Under the pieces are notes generated by a model. The model did not search any database and had not been told where the DNA came from. It saw only the letters and a program-made list of their open reading frames with translations. From Octopus sinensis (lineage: Eukaryota), in the NCBI RefSeq assembly GCF_006345805.1, contig NC_043004.1, positions 97,898,001 to 97,962,000 on the forward strand: a stretch of 64,000 bases of DNA. Reading direction: 5' to 3'. Below are positions 1 through 12,344 of this stretch, piece after piece. A program made the position numbers and the translations under genes. Each line of letters starts with the position of its first letter. The first letter of the stretch is position 1.

Positions 1-206
1 CGATACGTATTCAATACAAAAAACAGATCAAGTGGTGGTGGAAAGCGGTCAATACAGAAGATTGATGTTTCCGAAAGAGCGAGGAATTCATTTTTACCTT
101 AAGCAAATGTGATGACCCATGGTGGATGTTCGCTGGGTGGTTCTAATGAGTTTTTGTGAAGTGTTCGGTTTTATAATGCCTGTTAGGTGGTCAATTCAGC
201 GTAGCG

Positions 207-632
207 TGACGTCATCAACGTTTTGACCAATCGTTTCGTTAGGTGGCTTTAGTCAAGTAGAACGGGACGTCATCATTATTTTGACCAATCGCTGCATTAT
301 ACTGCCTCTTGTTTGTTTTCCTGTTTTGACCAGTCGCTTCGTTAGTCAAGTAGAACGGGACGTCATCATTATTTTGACCAATCGCTGCATTATAACTGCC
401 TCTTGTTTGTTTCCTGTCCTGACCAGTCGCTTCGTTAGTCAAGCAGAACGGAACGTCATGCAGATTCTGCCCAATCACGACTTATAGCTACATTAGATCT
501 GCCCCCTGTCTGTACTTGTTAGGTGACTATTCAAGCAGAAAAGGACGTCATCAATATTCTGACTAATGACTGTCCCCTGTTTGTATACTGTCCATTCTAG
601 CTGAGCTAGACGTCATCAACTTGTTGCCCAAT
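207..632 (+). promoter_or_regulatory. Array of six ACGTCA-N12-CCAAT composite motifs in the Penelope 3' region
   Basis: ACGTCA ends at 214, 272, 365, 458, 550 and 615; CCAAT (once CTAAT) starts at 227, 285, 378, 471, 563 and 628. Function is inferred. Confidence 0.45.
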
Positions 633-847
633 CAGAATCGGGTGTGACCCTTAGCTGTATCGTATGTATCAGGGTCAGATTTGCACGAAATAATTTTTTT
701 CCCCTTTTTTACTTAGGTATATTTCCGTCAGAGTGAGTGTCTGTCTGAAGTAGCGGTCATGGTGGAATTTTGCTTCTCCTTTTCGGAGGACTTATCTTTT
801 GTTTTAGTATTCCTGGCCCAGGGTGTTTAAACTTGGTCTAAATTTTT

Positions 848-1210
848 TTATGAAATATAGTTCTTTATTTTGGCGTTGTGTGAAGGTTGCGTTGTCACTG
901 AATTATAGAGCGGGTTAGTTGTAAATTTCGGATTTACATTTCCAGCACATCTATCTATGTGTCCGCTGACCGGTATTTTGCGGTAATCAGGGTTTCTAAT
1001 TTGTGATTTATGCACCGCCATCCTGTTACGTAAGCTATTTTTTGTATGGCCTATATACTGCCTATTGCAGCCTGCGCATGTTATGACGTAAATTAAGTTT
1101 TCTGATGCGCAGGTGAAGTTTGTTCTAATGGTGAACTGGTGGCCTTGTTCCAGTATAAATTCTGATCCTTCTTTCAAGATGACACAGATCCGCAGTTGGG
1201 CCTTCCACAT
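848..1210 (-). pseudogene. GIY-YIG endonuclease domain of the Penelope-like element
   Basis: ORF-track peptide FTCASENLIYVITCAGCNRQYIGHTKNSLRNRMAVHKSQI carries the IY..YIG motif, the CxxC pair and the RxxxH typical of Penelope endonucleases. Confidence 0.8.
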
Positions 1211-1429
1211 TTTCTAACTGCTGGTTTTGTGGTTGATGTTGAGTGCAGTGTAGCTTGGGTTAAAATCCTTTTCAAGGATTTTGGTTGCCGTTTACTTTTA
1301 ATGATGGTGTGTGTTTCGAGGATCCGGTTCATCTTTGGGTCTCCCTTTAGTAGGGCTGTGCTTTGTAGTATGGTGTTGAAGGCCTCATTGTTGAGTGGGT
1401 TGTGTGTAGAAATGTAGGGAAGGGTTTTT

Positions 1430-1935
1430 AATTGTTCTTTCTTTTTGTTTTGTTTGTCTCAGGTCTTCTATACTTAATTAAGTACCCGTTGGATTGCACT
1501 GTCTATTAGGGGCTGGGATAGTTTCTATTTGTGTGTGTGGTTCTAAGTTCCTGGAGACGTGTGTGTCGGGTGTTTGTGTCTGATATTATGGTGCAAATCC
1601 TTCTAGCTAACAAAAAAGGGACATTCATTCTAGTGTGTCGTGGGTGGCATGAATCAAAGGGTAGGTACTGTTTAGAGTCTGTCGGTTTATAGTAGATATC
1701 TGTCTATTTTGTGCCGGTTTTCTTAATGAGGATGTCTAAAAATGGTAATTCTTTTCGTTGTGGTCCATCGTGAATTGTATATTGTCATTTATTCCATTTA
1801 ATAGTATTTTAAATTACTCAAGTTTCTCTATACCTTTGTCCCAGATGATGAAACAGTCATCGAGGTATCTTTTCCAGTTGTTATGGATATAGGTGGCGAA
1901 GGTGTTTCCATATTTCTCGAGTGTCATCCGGTACA
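1430..1935 (-). pseudogene. Penelope-type reverse transcriptase C-terminal part with in-frame stops
   Basis: Manual translation: EKYGNTFATYIHNNWKRYLDDCFIIWDKGIEKLE*FKIL... Confidence 0.75.
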
Positions 1936-1959
1936 TGTATATATATATATATATATATC

Positions 1960-2358
1960 TTTCTCTTTTACTTGTTTCAGTCATTTAACTGCGGCCATGC
2001 TGGAGCACCGCCTTTAATCGAGCAACTCGACCCCGGGACTTATTCTTTGTAAGCCCAGTACTTATTCTATCGGTCTCTTTTTTGCCGAACCGCTAAGTGA
2101 CGGGGACGTAAACACACCAGCATCGGTTGTCAAGCGATGCTAGGGGGACAAACACAGACACACAAACACACACACACATATATATATATATATACGACAG
2201 GCTTCTTTCAGTTTCCGTCTACCAAATCCACTCACAAGGCATTGGTCGGACCGGGGCTATAGCAGAAGACACTTGCTCAAGATGCCACGCAGTGGGACTG
2301 AACCCGGAACCATGTGGTTGGTTAGCAAGCTACTTACCACACAGCCACTCCTGCGCCT
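1960..2358 (-). mobile_element. SINE family A, full length (tRNA-like head, CORE-like segment, internal microsatellite, (AAAAGAGT)n-type tail)
   Basis: Minus strand starts GGCGCAGGAGTGGCTGTGTGG (A-box-like) and has GGTTCAGTCCC (B-box-like); near-identical to about 14 other copies in the window. Confidence 0.9.
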
Positions 2359-2389
<31 letters not shown>

Positions 2390-2390
2390 G

Positions 2391-2462
<72 letters not shown>

Positions 2463-2490
2463 GTATATGCAATATATATATATATTATTT
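2359..2490. repeat. (TA)n microsatellite
   Basis: Direct reading. Confidence 0.95.
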
Positions 2491-2879
2491 TCTGCAGAAT
2501 TATTGCCGGTATTTTGGCGCGCCAAAACGAAGACTTTTGAAATATAACCTGAAATGTAATTGGTAGAACAATATACATATTCAATCTCATGCGGACGTTT
2601 CGTATATAGTTCTGCAAATTATGATTTGCTATGATGATCACACTGACGAGTTGCGGACATCTACGTAAGTGATTACATAAGTGGTAACAACGAAATTGGT
2701 TTGTGATTAATCTGTATAGTTGTATTTTTTCATTTGTCTTGCTAGCTTACGTTCTGGCGGTCTCTAAATTTTCTTGAGACCATACCTTTCTTAGTGGTAA
2801 GACCATACGGGGTCGACTTCTAGAATAAGGGATGTCTACTTAGTGGTCATCCCCCTTATATGTATGTTGTGTGTGTGTG

Positions 2880-2884
<5 letters not shown>

Positions 2885-2944
<60 letters not shown>
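2885..2944. repeat. (AAT)n microsatellite
   Basis: Direct reading. Confidence 0.95.
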
Positions 2945-3217
2945 TTAGGGAATATTATCAATTATCAGTTTTTTAAATATCGTCACCATCCCAATCACCT
3001 CAATTATCAGTTTTTTAAAAAATATAGCCACGAATTACGTGTAGTCCTTTTACCAATTATAAACTTTTTATTTATTATTTTGTACATTACTTAATTATTG
3101 GTATATGTTTTTATATTATATCTAATTTTTCTATATGGTATAATTTAATTATATCATTTTTTTCAATGTTGAATTGATAAAAGGTGGCTTTTTTCTAATT
3201 TATATATATATATACAA

Positions 3218-3647
3218 TACTCTTTACTCTTTTACTCTTTTACTTGTTTCAGTCATTTGACTGCGGCCATGCTGGAGCACCGCCTTTTAGTCAAGCAAAT
3301 CGACCCCGGGACTTATTCTTTGTAAGCCCAGTACTTATTCTGTCAGTCTCTTTTGCCGAACCGCTAAGTGACAGGGACGTAAACACACCAGCATCGGTTG
3401 TCAAGCAATGCTAGGGGGACAAACACAGATACACAACATATATACACACAAACACACACACACATACATACATATATACATATATACGACAGGCTTCTTT
3501 CAGTTTCCGTCTACCAAATCCAATCACAAGGCATTGATGGGCCCGGGGCTATAGCAGAAGACACTAGCCCAAGATGTCACGCAGTGGGACTGAACCCAGA
3601 ACCATGTGGTTGGTTAGCAAGCTACTTACGAACACACAGCCACACCT
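3218..3647 (-). mobile_element. SINE family A, full length
   Basis: Matches the copy at 1960-2358 along its whole length. Confidence 0.9.
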
Positions 3648-3729
3648 ATATAGCATATATATATATATATATATATATATATCTATATATATATAAATAA
3701 TGAGGGAGATAAATTAATATATATATATA

Positions 3730-3841
3730 GGCGCAAGAGTGGCTGTGAGGTAAGTAGCTTGCTAAGCTATAGCCCCGGGCCAACCAAAGTTTATGCCAAA
3801 TCCTTGGAGTGAATGTTTGTGAATGGAATTTCGCAAAAGCT

Positions 3842-3845
<4 letters not shown>
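3730..3845 (+). mobile_element. SINE family A head with internal deletion, followed by a diverged body segment
   Basis: GGCGCAAGAGTGGCTGTGAGGTAAGTAGCTTGCTAA is joined directly to GCTATAGCCCCGGGCC. Confidence 0.7.
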
Positions 3846-3905
<60 letters not shown>

Positions 3906-3960
3906 AGCTTTTGCGAAATTCCATTCACAATCATTCACTCCAAGGATTTGGTATAAACTT
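3787..3960. repeat. 174-bp palindrome: 58-bp arms around a (TA)29 core
   Basis: 3787-3844 versus reverse complement of 3903-3960: 2 mismatches. Confidence 0.95.
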
Positions 3961-4728
3961 AGCGGGTTAGACCAAAAGACCACATGGCTGCAACGTGAAC
4001 TTCTTAACCACCCTGTCACATCTTCCTCTATATGGTGCTACTTATGGTATTGATATTCCTTTCTTTATATTTCACAATAATAAACACAACTACGATAATA
4101 AATAGTCATAACAATGAGGTGAAGATGCGATTATATTGATGGTTGATATCTCTCCTTCTCAATGATAATATTGTTGTAGGTATTATCACCAAGAAAGCCC
4201 GCGTTGAGCTAACTTACTATTTAAGACATTTCAACCGTGATCATCCTGTCCATATCTCAGATATATGTCTTTTATATCTAAGAGGGTTGTGTGTATATTA
4301 ACGGAGGATGTGTATGTAAGTTGCAAGAGATACAAAATTCCAGAAAGCTAATAATTATTCAGGAGGAATACAATAGTGGAACAATGTCTCACAAAACCTT
4401 TAATGAATAGGATTTGTAATGTGTCCATTATAATAGCAAAGAGAAGTTAGGAGGAGGAAGAGGTGGAATAAGGGGGAAATGTGGAAGGAGAGAAGAAGAA
4501 TAGAAGACGTAGATGAAGGAGAAAAGGAGGCGGGAAGGAGGAAAGAACGAAGTAAGAACAGCAACAGCAGTAGTAATAGTAGTAGCAGCAGAAGAAGGAG
4601 GAGAGGAGAAGAAGATGAAGAAGAAGAAGAGGAAGAAAAGAAGAGGGAGATTTAACTGCTATTTCTACCAGCTTCCATGATTAACTAACGGTTCTCTTTG
4701 CCTGGCATTATAAGGTTCGTGTTAATTA

Positions 4729-5470
4729 TTGACAATGATGGCTATAGTAGTGGCCGTTGTAGTAGTAGTAATAGTGGTGGTTGTGGTGGTGGCGGTGATG
4801 CTGCTTCTGCTGTTAATGATGATGCTGATGTTGATAATGCTGATGCGAATGATGATAATTATGATGGAGACGACGATAATGATCCTTACAATGAAGATGA
4901 CGACAACGATGTCAGTGGCGATGAGAATGATAACGAGAATGATGATGACGATGATGATGGTGGTAATGGTGATGGTGATGATGATGGTGGTGGTGGTGGT
5001 GGTGATGCTGCTGTTGATGGTGGTGGTGATGGTGATGCTGCTGTTGATGGTGGTGGGATGGTGATGATGATGGTGGTGGTGGTGGTGGTGGTGATGATGA
5101 TAATGGGGGTGTTGATGCTGCCCCTGACGATAGTGGTGGTGGTGGTTGTGGTGATGATGATGATGATGATGGTGGTGGTGATGATGATGGTGGTGGTGGT
5201 GATGATGATGGTGGTGGTGATGGTGATGATGATGGTGGTGGTAGTGATGTTTTTAATGCTGGTAATTGATGAGGATTGGGATATTGACCTTAGTGGCGTG
5301 TGATGATGGATGTTGCTGATAATTGTGGTGATAGGGATGGTGATGATGATGATGGTCCCAAGGATGATCTTAGTGACGACGTAGAGCACGATGATTGTCA
5401 TCATGACGACGGCAGCAACGACGACGACGACGATGACGATGATGGTGGTGGCGGTGGCGCTGCTGTTGCT
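4729..5470. repeat. (GAT)/(GGT)/(GAC) trinucleotide low-complexity tract
   Basis: Direct reading; open in several frames as poly-D/G/M/V. Confidence 0.9.
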
Positions 5471-5815
5471 GACAGTGATGGATATAGTCTAAATGACACG
5501 TGGTTTCTTTCAAGCCAACTACTGTTCTACGCACCAATTTAAATAAATAATAAAATATAAACAGCAACCAAACAGAAAGAAAACAGCGACAGAAGCATTA
5601 TCCCTATCACCACTCATAACTACCACCATCACAGCAACAAGAACAAGAACAACGAACCAACAATGGAGCTTTTGCATAGCCATTCGATCTGCGGGAAACA
5701 ACGACAAAAAATTTCCCTTAAATTTACACTCACCAGCTATAAAAACAGGAGACAAACATTGATAACGTAGTGCTTGATTGCCAGATATGAGGTGATGGTC
5801 ATGGATAGAATACAC

Positions 5816-5982
5816 ATTTCTTTACTGCCCACAAAGGGCTAAACACAGAGGGGACAAACAAGGACAGACAAGCGGATTAAGTCGATTAGATCGACCCCAG
5901 TGCGTAACTGATACTTATTTAATCGACCCCGAAAGGATGAAAGGCAAAGTCGACCTCGGCGGAATTTGAACTCAGAACGTAG
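5816..5982 (-). mobile_element. SINE family B, 5'-truncated
   Basis: Minus strand carries GAGTTCAAATTCC (B box), GCCTTTCATCCTTTCGGGGTCGA body and AGCCCTTTGTGGGCAGTAAAAGAAAT tail. Confidence 0.85.
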
Positions 5983-6969
5983 CTCTTCCGCTGCCTCTTC
6001 ACAATCTGCCATGCTGCAATCACATGACTGCACCATATCCCTTGCTGAACGGGTGCTATGTCTTGCCAAAGGGCAGCCTGTAACTACGCAGGGCATCATC
6101 TTCATTCCGTGGGGGTATTTTCAAAATAACGCATATCTGGACATCAATAATAAGGGCCATGGTTTTGCTGATGCTTCGAAATGATATGAACGCAAATGAA
6201 CAAACACTACCCATATAAATTGCAACCGCACTGATTAATTGGGAACATATCACTCTTACTCCAGAAAGAAATCCATCACCACAGAAATCAATATATATAT
6301 ATTAAGCACTTTACGATTTTTATAATATCAATATGCACCACAGTATTCTTTTATAAACATATAATTGCACAACTAGATATACCTCTCTAATGGTACAACT
6401 TATATTTTGATAGGCGGAATTAGCCTCTTAAAGGGAATGAGAATACAGTTTTAGCAAAATAAAAAGTATGCTGTTGCCCTGATGATGATCATAACGATGG
6501 TGGTTATATGAGGTATTTATTAGCAATGATTACAGTATTTATGATTTCGTCTTTCTTACCGCATGAAGAAACCACGTGGTAATCTTATTGCTCAGTGCAA
6601 ACAATAGCTTCACTGCAGCATGGATGATTGATAAATCGTATCTGCTTGTTTTGTTAAACTGAATTCAGTTCTCGCTACAGAAGAGTTAATCGTATTTCTT
6701 TAATCTCCAACGCAAAAAGATATTTCTTCCTCACCTGTTTAATACAGTAAAAAATAAATGAAAATAAAATACAGAAAACAATTGTTAAGCACGGTTTCTG
6801 TGGTTTATAGAGTCCGTAGAAGGAAATAATTATTATGATTGCTAACTTAGACACAAGGCCACAATTTGGAGAGAAGTAATGTAGTTAATCATATAAATCA
6901 CAGTTGCTAATTATTGGTAATTATTTTATCGTCCCATCGCAATAAAGATAAAATTTATCCTGGTAAGAA

Positions 6970-7360
6970 TGGAATGGAAGCACTCCGTCGGTTACGACGA
7001 TGAGGGTTCCGGTTGATCCGAATCAACGGAACAGCCTGCTCATGAAATTAACGTGTAAGTGGCTGAGCACTCCACAGACACGTGTACCCTTAACGTAGTT
7101 CTCGGGGATATTCAGCGTGACACAGAGAGTGACAAGGCCGGCCCTTTGAAATACAGGTACAACAGAGACAGGAAGTAAGAGTGAGAGAAAGTTGTGGTGA
7201 AAGAGTAGAGCAGGGATCACCACCATCCCTGCCGGAGCCTCGTGGAGCTTTTAGGTGTTTTCGCCCAATAAACACTCACAACGCCCGGTCTGGGAATCGA
7301 AACCGCGATCCTATGACCGCGAGTCCGCTGCCCTAACCACTGGGCCATTGCGCCTCCACG
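6970..7360 (-). mobile_element. SINE family C, full length, with 13-bp target-site duplication
   Basis: tRNA-like head GGAGGCGCAATGGCCCAGTGGTTAGGGC...GGTTTCGATTCCC; TSD ATCCTGGTAAGAA at 6957-6969 and 7361-7373; TTCCA-type tail. Confidence 0.9.
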
Positions 7361-7711
7361 ATCCTGGTAAGAACAGGTAAATAAAATCACAAGCTATTTT
7401 ATTTTACATTTTACTTATATCATCAGCAACGACTTCTGGATTGGCAGAATCGTTAACGCTCTGGAAAAATTATAGCAGCATACTTTCCGATTCTGATCGT
7501 TCTGAGTTCAAGTCCTACCGAGGTCAATTCCACCAGTTATGGTAGTACTTATGTACAGGGGAATGATTTAATTGACAAGCCCTCTTTCCACTTTTGTGAC
7601 CATCTGCCAATTTTATAAATTATTATTATTTTTCCTTTGTTATCGGCTAGAGAGCAATTACCTACCAAGCGCTTGGGACAGGCATTTTAGTGTAATGGTA
7701 TTGTTTAACAC

Positions 7712-7905
7712 AGGATGAAAGGCAAAATCGACCTCGGCGGAGTTCTGAGTTCAAATTCCGCCGAGGTCGACTTTGCCTTTCATCCTTTCGGGGTCGATTA
7801 AAGAAGTACCAGTCACGCACTGGGGTCGATATAATCGACTTAATCCCTTTGTCTGTCCTTGTTTGTCCCCTCTGTGTTTAGCCCTTTGTGGGCAGTAAAG
7901 AAATA
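7712..7905 (+). mobile_element. SINE family B, 5'-truncated, with a 30-bp inverted segment at its 5' end
   Basis: 7712-7741 is the reverse complement of 7757-7786 (1 mismatch); flanks GGTATTGTT(T/C)AACACAG at 7697-7713 and 7906-7922. Confidence 0.85.
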
Positions 7906-7984
7906 GGTATTGTTCAACACAGTTTCTGGTCCTCTCGGGTTTTACATTCTTGTCTCAGGTAATAAAAGAGAGAGGAAAAAAGTT

Positions 7985-8620
7985 TTTTAGATTGCAAGGA
8001 TAAGAACTTAAGTAGAGTGTAAACCGTAGTGTTTAGTACTATTTTCTGGATTTTGTATATGTTTGGTTTCTCAGGTATTTTTTCAAGGAAGCCGTTGACA
8101 TTTTTCTTTTTTCCTGTCTTTTTTATTATTATTTTTTATCCCTGGTGTTTCAGTCAGAGTTGGTATGTTTCTGTCTTCAAATGCCACAACCTGTTTATTT
8201 CATTTTATAGTTGGCAAGTTTATCATATTCCTTGGTAGATATATTTTTATTAGGTGGCATTGTCATATTTACAAGGGCTTGTTTTGGTACCTTTAGCAAT
8301 AATTTATGGGCTGTTAGCATTAAATATGCGATTCGTATGTACTGTAAAGTCCTAAAGGGCGATGATGCTACATTCAACTATTGGTATACCTTAGTGTCCA
8401 TACCACTGTTTCGCTTAGTCAGCAACGAGGCTTTTGTACAAACCCAGCAAATGTATTGGCCAGCTCTATGTCTACTTTTATATTTGGCTGGAGACTGGGA
8501 TTGGTATCCAGATACCGTATGGTCAATTGTTTCGCTATGAACATCATTGACTCTGCACTTAGAGTCTGCTCTTTGAGGACGTTAGCTTCATAAAGGTTTG
8601 TAAATAGACACTAACCTTGA
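7985..8620 (-). mobile_element. R4/Dong-like LINE 3' fragment (CCHC knuckle and restriction-like endonuclease region), degenerate
   Basis: Minus-strand pieces ADSKCRVNDVHSETIDH, LVNMTMPPNKNISTKEYDKLANYK and FLEKIPEKPNIYKIQKIV parallel the better-preserved copy at 37.2-38.8 kb. Confidence 0.7.
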
Positions 8621-8960
8621 GATTTGTATGTGATTTGTCTACACCAGTTGGATTAGTCGATGATAATGGTAGAAGAGTATGGGGAAGTGAGGAATAATAT
8701 ATACCACTTCAATGCGAACTGGTATTGCAATAAGGAAGAAAAGCTGGGACCATGATATATTGTGGCTGAGCAAAGATGAGGATGCAGGAAAACCAGCGAT
8801 AGTCGCGAATCAGCAACACAAGGACAACAAAATTTAATCTCATAGATCCGAGGCTAAAACCAACTGGAAAAACCTTCAAGCATAACATAAAATACAAAGC
8901 TGAAAAAAAAGTATAACGACAACAAGAGTAACAAAACCATATAAACCTGCAACTACAAAT

Positions 8961-9348
8961 GTGGAAGCACTCCGTCGGTTACGACGACGAGGGTTCCGGT
9001 TGATCCGAATCAACGGAACAGCCTGCTCGTGAAATTAACGTGTAAGTGGCTGAGCATTCCACAGACACGTGTACCCTTATCGTAGTTCTCGGGGATATTC
9101 AGCGTGACACAGAGAGTGACAAGGCCGGCCCCTTGAAATACAGGTACAACAGAAACAGGAAGTAAGAGTAAGAGAACGTTGTGGCGAAAGAGTACAGCAG
9201 GGATCACCACCATCCCCTGCCGGAGCCTCGTGGAGCTTTAGGTGTTTTCGCTCAATAAACACTCACAATGCCCGGTCTGGGAATCGAAACCGCGATCCTA
9301 TGACCGCGAGTCCGCTGCCCTAACCACTGGGCCATTGCGCCTCCTCGA
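8961..9348 (-). mobile_element. SINE family C, full length, with 10-bp TSD
   Basis: Near-identical to 6970-7360; TSD AACTACAAAT at 8951-8960 and 9349-9358. Confidence 0.9.
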
Positions 9349-9921
9349 AACTACAAATAGAAAGGAGAGTAACCATGGCGAAACAATCCATTGAAAGGCT
9401 TTGAAAATTGCGTCCCAAAAGAGATCGGTAAAATGAAGTCAAGTCAGAAATTCATTAGACGTGGGATATTTCCCAAGAATTTCCGGAAAGAGAGTTTTGG
9501 AGAACATTTTGATACCCCATTACCTATTAAGAAAATTGTAGGACACGTTCATCGTTAATGACTTCGGTCAAACTTTTCTCTTCATAACAAGGCAGTACCA
9601 AGATCGGATTGCATAAAGATTTGCAGTTTTCTTTTCTTGGAAGTAATGTGTGTGTGTGTGTGTGTGTGTGTTGTGTGTGTGTGTGTGTGTTTGTGTGTGC
9701 GTGTTATGGGACTCTCATTTTCTCGTTTTGCTCTGCTCTTCGTTCGTTACTAATCTCTGAAGAGAATCTAGCAAAATAATACCCACTTCCTAGTTTATTT
9801 GGTTAGAAATAAATTCCTGTTTACTCAGAGTGCTCCGTTTCCTAGTCAGGAGGCAAAAACCAAAGAAAGAATTTTAAAAAATAAAGAAAAAACGTATTTA
9901 GAGCTCACCACTGAAATATAT

Positions 9922-10335
9922 TACTCTTTTACTCTTTTACTTGTTTCAGTCATTTGACTGCGGCCATGCTGGAGCACCGCCTTTAGTCGAGCAAATCGAC
10001 CACGGGACTTATTATTTGTAAGCCCAGTAGTTATTCTATCAGTCTCTTTTGCCGAACCGCTAAGTTACAGGGACGTAAACACACCAGCATCGGTTGTCAA
10101 GCAATGCTAGGGGGACAAACACAGACACACAAACACATACATACATACATATACATATATATGCCTATATACGACAGGCTTCTTTCAGTTTCCGCCTACC
10201 AAATCCACTCACAAGGCATTGGTCGGCCCGGGGCTATAGCAGAAGAGACTTGCCCAAGATGCCACGCAGTGGAACTGAACCCAGAACCATGTGGTTGGTA
10301 AGCAAGCTACTTACCACACAGCCACTCCTGCGCCT
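9922..10335 (-). mobile_element. SINE family A, full length
   Basis: Matches the family consensus seen in the window. Confidence 0.9.
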
Positions 10336-11631
10336 ATTGATAACTGTTTCTAACATAGGTAGAGGGTCTTGAAATTTGGGGTAAGTTTAGTCGTTGTCGT
10401 ACTTGACTGGTACTTTATTTTATCGACACTGAATAGAGGAATAACAAAATTAAATCTGCAGGATCTTAAGTTAGACGTAAAGAACCGGAACTAAAAGCCA
10501 CAATTCACTTTTCCTAATACTCTAACAATTTTGTAATGCATTGCTATTACTGACGGTGAATCTATATCTTAAAATGTTCCATCGACTTGAATACAAGGAA
10601 AACGTTTCTGAGTAATATGAGAAGAGGATTAGGTTCGCAAATAAAAACACGTAAAGTTGGTAAAGCGTTAACAGTTTCATAGAAACAGTGAGACAGCTGT
10701 CAGAAAAGCAACTAGTAATGGTATCAGTAACAGTAGAAGAGGCGACAAAATATACACAGAACAGAGATTTGCACAAGTCCAATGTTCGGAGATATTTTGT
10801 GAATGCAGTTTGGCTTATTACGAAAATAGCTTCATCTTAGCTACTGTATAGAACTAGTTCATATGTACTACTACTGAAATCATTCGCAAGAGTTCAGATG
10901 ATGGATGGCCTCCTAAGATTCTGAGTTGTGTAACAACAATTTAAAATATAAAACTTGTATAAAAGTGTTTAGAAACAGCTTTAGTTTACTTGACCTGCGA
11001 AGAAAAGCAAAAAAAAAAAAGAAGAAAGACTATTGTTTTTATAGTTCCTTTATTTGAAAAGCAAGTATACGTACGTTAAACTTATGATCATCATTCTCAC
11101 TGCATATTGTTCGTTTCTGTGCTATTGATCGATCTATCAATCTTGTTTAAACAGATCATACTAAAATGTTCGAAGGCCTCGAGGTTTACATGTGTACACA
11201 AAGAAGTCAAACGGTTTCAAATTGGACAAACAAAAGAACATCAGATTACTGTTCTGTGTAATTATCATATATATTTGATGGCTTATTTATTTATTCTGAT
11301 CGGTTTTGTTATTTCTTTATATATATATATCATATCATATAATATGAAATCACTTTTCCTCTCCAGAAGCTTGCATTGCTTTATTGCAGAAAATAGATTT
11401 GTGAGTTCAAGTTTTTATACATGGAGACACGCAATATTAGACTGCCCGTGTAATACAACGGAGTAAACACGTCCGATTTGCTCGACATAGACGCCAAATA
11501 ATATCTTACTATCGTATAAAAAGGGTGAAAATATTGATAGTATAGTCCTAAATACATACCTAAGCAAATAAAATGTATACAGGTAATGATGGAAAATCAT
11601 GAACCAGTAAGGCGATTTATAAGTATTATTT

Positions 11632-11913
11632 TACTCTTTTACTTGTTTCAGTCATTTGATTGTGGCCATGCTGGAGCACCGCCTTTTAGTCGAGCAAATC
11701 GCCCCCAGGACTTTTTCTCTGTAAGCCTAGTACTTATTCTATCGGTCTCCTTTTGCCGAACCGCTATGTTACGGGACATAAACACACGAGCATCGGTTGT
11801 CAAGCGAGGTTGGGTGGACAAACACAGACAACAAACATACACACACAAACAGACACACACACACAAACACACACCACACACACACACACACACACACCAC
11901 ACACACACACCAC

Positions 11914-11950
<37 letters not shown>

Positions 11951-12113
11951 GACGGACTTTTTTCAGTTTCCGTCTAACAAATCCACTCACAACGCATTGT
12001 TCAGCCCGAGGCTATAGCAGAAGACATTTGCCCAAGGTGCCACGCAGTGGGACTGAACTCGGAACCATGTGGCTGGTAAGCAAGCTACTTACAACACAGC
12101 CACTCCTACACCT
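11632..12113 (-). mobile_element. SINE family A, more diverged, with expanded internal (CA)/(TA)
   Basis: Same head, body and tail order as the other copies. Confidence 0.85.
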
Positions 12114-12235
12114 ATAAATGCTCACTTTCCTTACAAACTTATTGCCCCTGAAGTGGAATCTGCATCTTTAAGCCCCTATCGTCATCCTCTTCGTCGTCAT
12201 CGTCGTCATCATCATCATAATCTCACTCCCATATA

Positions 12236-12269
<34 letters not shown>

Positions 12270-12344
12270 TGTGTGTGTATTGCTATATTTCCGGATGGTC
12301 ATCTTTTTTGTGTTTGGCAAATAAACACACGCAATATATATTCA

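Larger units (their letters stand above)
1..1935 (-). mobile_element. Penelope-like retroelement, 5'-truncated, degenerate (RT C-terminus, GIY-YIG endonuclease, repeat-rich 3' region)
   Basis: Minus-strand translation gives WKRYLDDCFIIW (YLDD at 1856-1867), then IDIYYKPTDSKQYLPF-type thumb sequence, then the GIY-YIG motif NLIYVITCAGCNRQYIGHT. Stops and frameshifts are present. It may continue beyond the left window edge. Confidence 0.85.

Noticed and set aside
222-480. Repeat-spacer-like pattern resembling a CRISPR array
   Set aside because: Units are degenerate tandem repeats inside a eukaryotic retroelement; the spacers are related to each other and there are no cas genes.
4698-5567. Long overlapping ORFs (poly-D/G, poly-M/V, poly-T/I)
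   Set aside because: A GAT/GGT trinucleotide tract is open in several frames on both strands, with no flanking domain or splice context.
5983-6260. GC-richer segment with 65-88 aa ORFs on both strands
   Set aside because: No recognisable motif, stops in the frames following plausible acceptors, and the longer ORFs run into SINE-B.
7290-7357. tRNA-like sequences at SINE heads (also 9280-9344, 32790-32855 and the A and B heads)
   Set aside because: A and B boxes are present, but acceptor and anticodon stems do not close properly and each continues into a SINE body. Anticodons could not be assigned reliably, so no named octopus SINE family was assigned.
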